NCBI GenBank assembly: GCA_027604505.1 | Contig: JADIIX010000008.1 | Location: 62,001 to 126,000 of the forward strand | Direction: 5' to 3' | DNA length: 64,000 nt | DNA from: Gonapodya sp. JEL0774 | Lineage: Eukaryota | Part shown: positions 55,162-64,000 of the stretch, one piece after another | Layout: each line of letters opens with the position of its first letter | Numbering within the stretch: position 1 is the stretch's first letter | Made by a program: the position numbers and the translations under genes | Notes under the pieces: model-generated | Told to the model about the DNA's origin: nothing | The model's input: only the letters and a program-made list of their open reading frames with translations | The model's database searches: none

Positions 55162-57228
55162 ATGAGCAGCATTCAGAACCCAGCGTATTTAGCATCTCGA
55201 CCTGACTCCCAGTACCGCGAACTCGAAGCAAAAGTCGCAACTCTCGGTGACGTGAGTTCACCAAAACTGTCCATGGAAGTCGATTTTGCCCTTGAGTATC
55301 ACAAGCTTCTCTGATTTCGTCGTTATAACATCCGTATTATTAGAAGCATCAGGTAACTCTACAGGAGCTCGAGCAGTGCAAGCGAAAGATTTCACGCCTG
55401 AAACGAGAACGAGGGTACTTATTGAATCGGATCACTCGTATTCATTCACATGCGCTCATGTGGTTACCTGCCCCAGCCTTTTACTGGACAAAATCAGGTC
55501 GCTGAGCAAACCAGGGGAGCTATCTTCTGATTCCGGCCTTTCAAGCTCAGACGATGACTTTCGTGAGTCAATATCTTGACGTTTTAATTCTTTTGAGAGT
55601 GATGTCATTGTTCCTTCTGTTTTGTCATCATGTGGACCTGTTTGGATAGTTCCTACAAAATCGGCATCTCCCTCCAAAACCGTCCGTGGAGGGAAAAAGT
55701 CAGCGGCCCCAAAGGCTGTGCGGACATCCCGCGATCGCGTCACTCATCCCCAACCTCTCTCTCCAGTAGATGAATATGGGAATGGCTCGGCATCAGGAGC
55801 AACTTCCTCCAAAGGCAGACGGTCAAAACCCGCTCGAAAACTACAAACGGTACCTCGGGACGCCGAAGGTAACCTAGTATATCCGTTTCAAGTTGGTGCC
55901 GTTGCCGTTCACTCTCTTGGACGAGTGGAGTTCGAGCGTGACTCGTACCACAGTCGAGCGTACATCTTCCCCAGTGAGTGATGATTATTCCACCGTGAAG
56001 GTCGGTTGTTTCATCAAGCATTGTTCTTCAGTTGGCTACCGTACATCAAAGTGAGCCGAGCGTCTTCAACATATGCCGGAAGCTCCTTTCACCTACTTTA
56101 CACCCTCGAACTCAGGCGGTACATGTCCATACATGATCCACAAGCCGAAACAAACTGGATACAGACTATTGAAGATGGAGGCGACGCTCCACGCTTTGTG
56201 TTGACCCCCGAAGACAAGCCGGATGAGATTATTACTGGAGCGAGCTGCTCAGCGGTCTGGACACAACTAATACGAGGTGGAAGTTCATTTCTTCCTTTGT
56301 CATATGTTTATCTTCGCTCACCGTAAGGTATTGTTCTTTCAGCTGGTTACAAGATTCGAGGACGGGATTTCCTCTCCAACAGTGTTTCTGGCCCCGAGCA
56401 TTTTGGATTAGCTATACCGACTATCAAGCACCTCATTCAAGAATTACCTAATGCTCGCCAGTGCAAGTACTATGACTTCCAGGTGTGGGATGCAGCTGGC
56501 ACCCTGGTGGACAAAAAGGTTCGTCGGGTTAATTCTGGAACATTAGGAAACCAATTATCGATTGCCGCTGCATTTGCCAGGATGACGCAGTGGCTCCACC
56601 TCCTGCTAAGCGGCCCCGCAAGAGAAAAGCAGCGGAGTCGCACCAAGCTGATGCTTCTGGCGGCAGTCCTGCTCCGAGCCCTTCTGGAACACCCGCGCCT
56701 ACGTCACCGGATCTCTCGATAACGAATAGCCATGCAGACGATCAACTCTCAGCTGTCAGCTTGCTCCCTCCCCCCTTCCTTCCGAGCGGTGTGTCCGAAA
56801 ATCGTGTGGGCATAGTCGGGGTGTCCACCCCAAACCGTCCAGTTTCCGGCCAACTTATCGCGGTAGGACAGCAATCCCCTTCGTTACCAGGTGCTACTCG
56901 ACCTGATGGTTCTATTCTTGCTGGTCTTTCGGCGAACCGAGGAAATATACTGCGGCCCGATGACCCCACTTTGCGAATATCCTCGCGTGAACCGGAATCT
57001 TTCGTTTCCCTCCAGCTTGGCGGGCACTCCGCGTCTGATGACCGATATCGTGGGCACTCAATAAAGATTCACTCGTCGGCAGCGTCCGAAAGTGGAGATG
57101 GGGATCGATCTGACATGGATGGGGTAGAGATCCTGGTTCCAAATGGAAAGAGGTCAGAGCATGTGAATTCCGTCGATGGTGCGAGTGAGGAGGATGAAGA
57201 AGAAGCGGACGAGCTGCCTGATGCATGA
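55162..57228 (+). CDS. FYRN/FYRC-domain protein (TBRG1-like)
   Basis: VPRDAEGNLVYPFQVG..VHSLGRV..YHSRAYIFP, RRYMS, IEDGGDAPRF, SAVWTQLI, VSGPEHFGL..PTIKHLIQELPNARQCKYY. Confidence 0.8.
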
Positions 57229-57473
57229 GTAATCATTGTGTGTGTGTGATGGGGAAGGGGACAGGTGTCTGAATGCCACGGTAGCGTCACGGACTGCTGC
57301 ATCCACATGTAAAAATGACAATGCGTTAGTATGTACCTTTTTTTATTTGTTACATGGAACCTGCATTAGTACGTGCATGAACGCAGTTTGTACGAAAGAG
57401 CCTAGAACTATTTACATTGTTGTCAGTGTCTATTGGAGCGAGCGGCCAGTGACTCAACGTGCTCCAATCTTTG

Positions 57474-60400
57474 TTACAGAATAGAATGCTGCGCGTATAC
57501 CAGCTGTCGTATCTTATAATAATCCTCCCCCAGCACTCCCTCAATGGTGATCTGCCCAGAGGCGGACTTCCTTATTGCAACAGTGCCCCCATTACACACC
57601 AGCACACCTCCTTCCGCGAATTCGCTCCGGATTCCCTCTGCGGCAAGTACGTCGCGGAACTTGGACAGCTTCATGTCCCCAACGATGATGCTGGGTTGCT
57701 GAAGAGATGCAAGAGATCCAGGTCCGTCGGCAGGAGGAAGGTCCAGGATCGGGTCGCCACCTTCAGCGGGGAACCGAATAACACCATCAACAAATGCGAG
57801 TTGGTAGTCACCGAGCTGGGCGTGAAAGGGTATTCCCGCAAAATTTGACATCACGACACTTCTACACCATGGGGCAGTGGAACACTTACTCTCGCCATTC
57901 TTAACGAGCTCACGAGCTGATCCGTCAGTTTAATTTGGTACATATTTCGTGCCGTAGAAACATTGACCGTCTCGCCAACTCGGGGTGCGACGACTTCGTT
58001 GGTAAGTGAAGGACTGGAGAGGCAAAATGCACTCAGAGCCTCAGTGGCAGTGGGAGGCCCACGCACAAGAATCTATATCAGGATTTGAGCCAGGGTTCTG
58101 TAAGTGAGCAATAGCAGGCGGGGCCAGGCGTGACTCACAATTTTCTTGGCTCGAAGCCCTGGCAGAATATTCCTCACACTACGGCCGTCGGCGAGACCCT
58201 CCATGTCCACGTAACGCACCGTACATCGGACTTGCAGCGTACGGTCCTCTGTTACGTACTTTGATGGGACATCGGGAACTGCTGCGTCAGTCTCAGACGT
58301 ACTAGGCATATCCACATCCATGGAGTCCTTAAACATTTAAATCAATGATAAGCGGTAATATGGCTACTCCAAGTGTTAAAGCACTCACCTCCCTTCCTTT
58401 CTCCGCTGACCTGACCCTAATTGCTTCAGCATTTCCAAAATGCAATTCTTTCCCAATATACTGTTCTGGATCTATCACCTCGCCATACTCATCCCACTTC
58501 CTCCTCACCTCCGAGGTCGGGAACATCCGGAACAAGGCCTGCCCCCCACCCAACCTTCCCGCTGCACTGGCACCGGCACCAGGACCAAGATATGTATCGA
58601 AGCGCACAAGCAAGGGATTTCGAGCTTCTTCCACATCGGCGACTAACGCATCATCATCGGAGTCGGCATCGTCGGCACTTGGGGCCAGAGGGTTTGCTAG
58701 TTGCGACTCAGCGATTTGAGCCTCACGGGCGAGGAGAGATGATCGGTGATGGGCGATGAGTTCATCGCCTGTGAGGGCAATTTTGTGGTGCAACTTGTTG
58801 GAGTAAAGGTGCAGCGGAGGATTTGAGAAGTTTCAATTCGCGGTTTGGGCTGAAACGGTGAAGTTTCCCAACTGGTGCGACAGCCCGCGTTTCTTAAACA
58901 CACCTTCACTGCCATCTCGGCCTCAACCACAACCCCACCTGGCATTTCCCTCCCTTCAACCGCGGCCCTCTTCGCCCACTCCCTCCACAACCTCCCTCCA
59001 GTTGTCCCCACCCTCTCCCGTCCCGTAAGCAACACGCATGCCCGAGGATCCTCGCACAGAGAGAGGAACAGGTCGCGAGCGGGGCCACGGTCGAGAGAGG
59101 AAGAAGGACAAAGAATGACGCGGGGTGTACCGGCGGGTAGTTTTGATATTTCGGCGGTGGTTTTAAGGAAGCGAACGCGGCTACGGAACCGGAGCGGAAT
59201 CCATTTGAAGGTTGATCCTATTAAGGCACAAAAACAAGGTGTCCGACCACTGTCACTCACCCCATCCCAAGAGGATTCTCCCTCTCTCTTTGAAATCTCG
59301 CATCCACCTCGCTCCCCATCCACTCCAGCATGCTCCTCGCTTGCACATGCGTCTCACCCGCCGTCCAACCTAGGGCAACCAGAGGCCACGGGTGTCTTCG
59401 CCGGTCCCATTCGGTATGGAGGACGTGCGCAAGTTCGAGAAGGCGGGAAGGTTGAGAGACAGGGATGAGACAGGTTCCAGAGGAGCGCAGAGTGTTGAGG
59501 AGGGTTTCTAAGGAGATGGAGAGAGACCGACGTATGTCAGGGGTAACAGGTAAAGTTCAAGAATGCTGGGTAAGTTTGCGGAATCGAAACCGCCACGAAG
59601 TTCGAAGTTGACTGCATTGGGTCTTCTGTTCCGGACAGTGGTTCCTCTCATAGATCTTCCACTCATTCGTCAACTCACTCGAAACGACCGTTATCGCACT
59701 TTCCCCCACCTCTCAGAGTGTGTATCAGTCCACCTCTGAGTAACTATACTTACCAACTACCGCCGCCTCCCTCTGTCTCCTTCCCACACCTGCCATTCCA
59801 AATGCCACCTCTGGGTCGGCAAGCCCGGGGGCGAAAACGTTTTCCGAGGGCGGTACGCCATCGAGAGCGTTGCGAGCCCCGGTGACGAGCACAGACGGTT
59901 CAGAAAGTGCGTCGAGTGAAGGGCCAGGGGTGATGAAGGCGCAAGGAGGGAGAAGGCTGTTACCAATAAGTAGGGGGTTGGGTTCGAACGTCAAGCAAGT
60001 GGTGAGTTCCTGTCAAGTTCTTTCGAAGAACAACCCTGGATTCAACACGCCTTCCGCATCGCATGTGGCTCACTTTTCTCGAGTGTGGTTGAAATCTACC
60101 GCGTAGACTATTCTGTCTTCATCCTTCTGAATGTGCCACACAGTCCCGCCAAGCGAGTGTCCTGCTGGGTATGCCGTGACATACACGCCCTCCGAGTTCC
60201 TCCCCGCCAGTGCAGTGTACTGCTGGTATCTCAGCAGTGTCACGTCTGCGAAACATTTATCGACGTCCTTAGGCTCAAAGAGTTCGAACCTCTCAACTGC
60301 GGATCGTCGGTGAAGTGCATCCGAGACTGCCAGTCTGCCCAACTGGGACACGGGGAGGGTAGCATATATGGGACATGTGAGGCCAAGCTTTGCGCGCGCG

Positions 60401-60884
60401 TATGGGAGAGCGCCAAGGTGGGGAACGTCAGGATGTGAAAGGAGGACGGCATCAAGTTGGTGGGCGATACTTGTTTGGGGTTACGGGGAATGGGCACAAG
60501 TGAGCAGATTGAGCGGGCACGGGAGAAACAGAGAGTATTCAACAATAAGAGAGTACAACATGAGAATACGTGATTACTGGACGGGGATCCTTGGTGAAGA
60601 CCTGTTGTGACGGCATACCTTTTAAGATGAGGAATATCCTCAAGGTCAAAAGCATCGTCCCAGCCACAATCCAATAAAATCTTCGCCTGATCAATCTCCA
60701 GCAGATAGCAAGGGGGGCCACTGTCCCGAGCTCCAGACAGTGCTGTGAATTTGATATAAGATGACGAGGTCGCAGATCCCCCAAGAGAATCAACTCCTGA
60801 CGATTGGAGCAGATCCGACGCTTCGAACACGTGCGGCACTGGTGGAGGGGTATCTTCGCGGACATCGTCGGGCTCGCCGCTCAT
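57474..60884 (-). CDS. CPSF2: Cleavage and polyadenylation specificity factor subunit 2 (CPSF100/Cft2)
   Basis: IKFTALSGA, CYLLEIDQAKILLDCGWD, LRYQQ, PAGHSLGGTVW.I, YAVDFNHTRE, WDEYGEVID, VDMEGLADGRS, VGDMKLS, IEGVLGEDYYKIRQLVY. Confidence 0.92.
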
Positions 60885-61182
60885 GTTTTTGTAATTGTTC
60901 GTGGTGAAGAGGTGTTGGTGATGCAGTTACAGCCCGTCATGTCACTCAATTATCTGAGAGAACTCACCAAAAATCTCAGATTTACAAGTAGTACTGCCAG
61001 GTTGTCTTATTGAGGGTAACTGTTGGAACAATTTCTTTGCTTGGAAACTTCAGAGATCGCTGGGTTTCTTACATATATTATTTTATTTCACCTGTTGAGG
61101 AGAGTCTTGTGGGGGAAGAAGGAATAGTGATTACAAGTGCCATGATCAGTTCGGATCATAACCACACACAGGACATGCAACC

Positions 61183-64000
61183 ATGAACGAACGACGAATC
61201 CGGCGGGCGCAAAGGCAGAGGTTGGACGAAGGGTCGGGTGATGTAACGACAATTCTCAGCGCGCCAGCGCCGATGCCTCCTCGGATCACGACACTTGGGA
61301 TAGGGCGAGGTGAGTTGGTGCATACTAGAAGGGGCAAGGCTCAGGGAGGCAACAGAAGGGTGAAATGGCAATAATATAGACATGAGGCGAGTAAGAAGAC
61401 AAAGAGTTGAAATGGCCGCCAGCAGGAGAAATGGGCCATTGAGAGAGCATCAGTCGCTTTGAACGGAGACCACAGATTCGAGGCCGACATGTCCATTGTG
61501 CCCGGGTGTTCTCTCTAAGAAGGTTACTTCATTCCGTGACTCTTTTGCTCTTCGAAATTGGACTCCTTTCTCGGGGATAACAACCGCAACTTTATTCATT
61601 GCTTCTCCCCACACAACGAATTTTCCAACTCCAGATCCTGCCCCGATCAAATCTCCAGTGCGCAAGAAACAACGCACAATGAAACAGCTGCGTGCAGTCA
61701 TCTCGGGCGACCAGGCAGCCTTGAGCGCAGCCTACACCTCCCTCGCCCACCGACGCGTCTCTGCTCCTCCCGCCCCCTCTGTATCTCTCTCTCGCTCGAC
61801 CTCTGCTGGTTTACTTCCGACGTATCAAACAAACCCGTCACTCCCTCCTGCTGCCCCACACGTTCGTCTCTCTTTCCCACCTCCCTCTAGTGAGCCCACA
61901 CCTCTCTCCACTTCAATATCTCGTCTCCGTGTCGCCTCGTCTTCCAATTCGCGTACTGATTTTTTGGCTGCTGGAAAGCGTCCTCGCTCCCCTCCGCCGC
62001 CTAACCCGCCTTCTTCCCACCCTCCCCCTCCGCCTCCTATATTATTGATGCCGCAACCGCCCACGTCATCCTCCCGCCGCCAAACTGGCGCCAGCAGACC
62101 TGCAAATCGCTCTTCGGATGCGGAGAACCTCACTCCAACCCCAACCGCCACCGCAGCGCCACCCAAACCCCACCTCCTCTCCTCTGCACTGGATCGAAAT
62201 GTTCGCAGTGACCCAGCTCAACCGACTACCAGTCCGTCATCCCACACACCCTCTGGCTTTGCTTTGTCATCTTCATCGTTGGCCGCTCCTCTGCCAACTC
62301 CCCCCTCTCCAGCACAAGCCCCCTCCTCGTCAATGTCTGCTCCGCCTCGCTCCACCCTCCGTGATTCGTCCCGGTCGGTCCGTCTCACTAACACAAGCTC
62401 CACTCCGCGCACCAAATCTAAAGCGAAACCTTACGCTGTCCCGTCGTCCCCCATCCCTTCACGGACGGGTCGAACGATCAGGTCTTCCACAACCGAGGAC
62501 TCTACGCCTAGAGTTGGCGTGAGTGGTATGAGCTTAAGTAATGGACTGGATACGGTCGGTAGTGGTGGACCAGAACCAACCACTTCCACGACACTCGCTC
62601 TCCGCCCCACGACCCGTGCCCCTTCCCCCCCACTTCCCCAACCCCCCCCTGCTCATAATCCTGCTGAACTCCGCGCTTTCGTGGAGCGTCAGCGTCGTGA
62701 ACGTCAGGATTCAGCGCGGCGAAAACAAGACGAAGAGCGCGGAAGGAAGGAAAGGGTTGAAGCTGGATTGAGAGGCTTGGAGGAGTGGCGGAAAAAGAGT
62801 CGAGAGAGGAGCGTGGCGGCAAGTGGGGGAGTGACAGGGCCTCTCGTGACGAGAGGTGAGAAAACGAGGGAGTGGCTTGGAATTGAGTGGGACAACCCTG
62901 CGTTGCAGGACGGGGCCGAAGCATGGAGGCGGCAAGCGTGGCTAGAGGATGACAGGAAAGATGATCGCGGTACCGTAGCCTCGGGCTCATGGACCCTCGG
63001 TGGAATTTCTACCGCTATACCTGCAGGAACTGCCCGGATCCCACCGGCTACCGTACCAGCTGGAACGGCATCCCTCTCTAGACCAGCTGTAATGGAGCCA
63101 GTACCTTCACAGCCAGAGCCACTGCCGTTGTCGGTGCCGCTCCAACCAACCCAAGTCCTCGCTGCTCTCGCGAGGTCAGAGTCTGCTCCAGCGGACCCAG
63201 ACCATGGCCGTGGAATTTCGGTGGGCGTCAAAGCAGAGACTGGAGTGGGAAAGGGAACAAGAACGAAACTGCGGTTGGATCTTGGTCTGGACGGCAACGA
63301 TCTACGTGATCATGCACCTGGCCGGAATCTCGTACGGACACCTCGAAACAAACACGGAGGTCGGGACCAGGATCGGGGCCGGCGGAGAGGGGTTCTGGGG
63401 GAGAATATTACACGTTCTCACCAGACGCGACATCAGCCCCAATCACAGTTTCCCCTATCGAACGCCTCTCCAGCCCACGTATCGTCGTCGCCCCCGTCGC
63501 TGTCCGCCAGTGACCCTACTTCAGCGTCAGGAACCACAACCTCGTCTACGAGGTTTGATTTGGCGCGCATGGCTGAGCTTGCCCGGAGGGCTCGGGCAGT
63601 GGACGAGCGGGTGGCAATGTGGGGCGAACAGGTAGTTTACGGAGATGGAGGTCCAGATAGGGATGGCGATATAAATATGAGAGATGCAGAGGGTGGGAGG
63701 GAAAGAGGGACCGAGAAGGGTCGTTTGCTTGGACAGTCGCAGATTCCCCAGCCCTCCACGGAGACAACAGCACCCATGGCTTTCGATCTTGCGCCGCCCA
63801 TCTCACAGCAGGCATCTGCTTACGCTACAATTGTCCCACCGCCATGGGCCGCGGATTTACAGTTTCAATCTCATGCTTCTTCATCTATCCCACCTCACCC
63901 ACACCAAACTTATTCCCCTCGTGGCACCTCCCCTGCCCCTTCTGGCTCTGCACGGTCTGCTACCCCAACTGGCACTCCGGCTGCACACGTCTACGCGCCG
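61183..64000 (+). CDS. Hypothetical low-complexity (Pro/Ser/Arg-rich) protein, partial; runs off window end
   Basis: Exon 61183-~61309 with a GTGAGT donor and an acceptor near 61475. The frame of ATG 61679 is the same as the last codon CCG at 63998-64000, and it appears open throughout. Confidence 0.65.

Noticed and set aside
59680..59740. Stretch in a CPSF2 intron translating to LIHTLRGGGKC, resembling the next exon (LLNTLRSSGTC), as a possible alternative exon
   Set aside because: It has no in-frame canonical acceptor at a plausible distance from the donor, and the match is short, so it is likely coincidence.
63780..63990. Cys/His-rich zinc-finger-like reading (CAAHLTAGICLRYNC...CPFWLCTVC)
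   Set aside because: It lies in an alternative frame of the long open Pro/Ser-rich ORF, a typical shifted-frame artefact.

Overview
Eukaryotic, intron-rich (GT-AG), gene-dense sequence. It is most consistent with an early-diverging, probably zoosporic (chytrid/monoblepharid-like) fungus. This is inferred from fungal-type genes occurring together with a cobalamin-dependent methylmalonyl-CoA mutase and an alpha-tubulin that retains K40. About 20 protein-coding genes were read manually across introns, so exon boundaries are approximate. In order: MUT (partial), a fused HyuA-HyuB hydantoinase/oxoprolinase, a divergent amidase-signature enzyme, a Cdc4-like WD40 protein, DPP3, TIP41, a small possibly secreted ORF, a CTK1/CDK12-like kinase, an aquaporin, UBC9, eIF3k, Gtr2/RagC, a Pho80-like cyclin, a possible transposase relic, a SWIRM protein, an alpha/beta hydrolase, a dual-specificity phosphatase, an M64 peptidase, alpha-tubulin, MRS2, a FYR-domain protein, CPSF2 and a partial low-complexity protein. 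The most notable observations are: (i) a candidate catabolic cluster of MUT, an ATP-dependent cyclic-amide hydrolase and a malonamidase-E2-like amidase; (ii) a ~7 kb island whose introns are G-rich at the 5' end and C-rich at the 3' end; (iii) an intron carrying a 17/18 copy of its own exon-exon junction; (iv) a Cdc4-like WD40 gene with no visible F-box next to a perfect palindrome; (v) an alpha-tubulin encoded without the C-terminal Tyr. No rRNA, tRNA or CRISPR array was seen.
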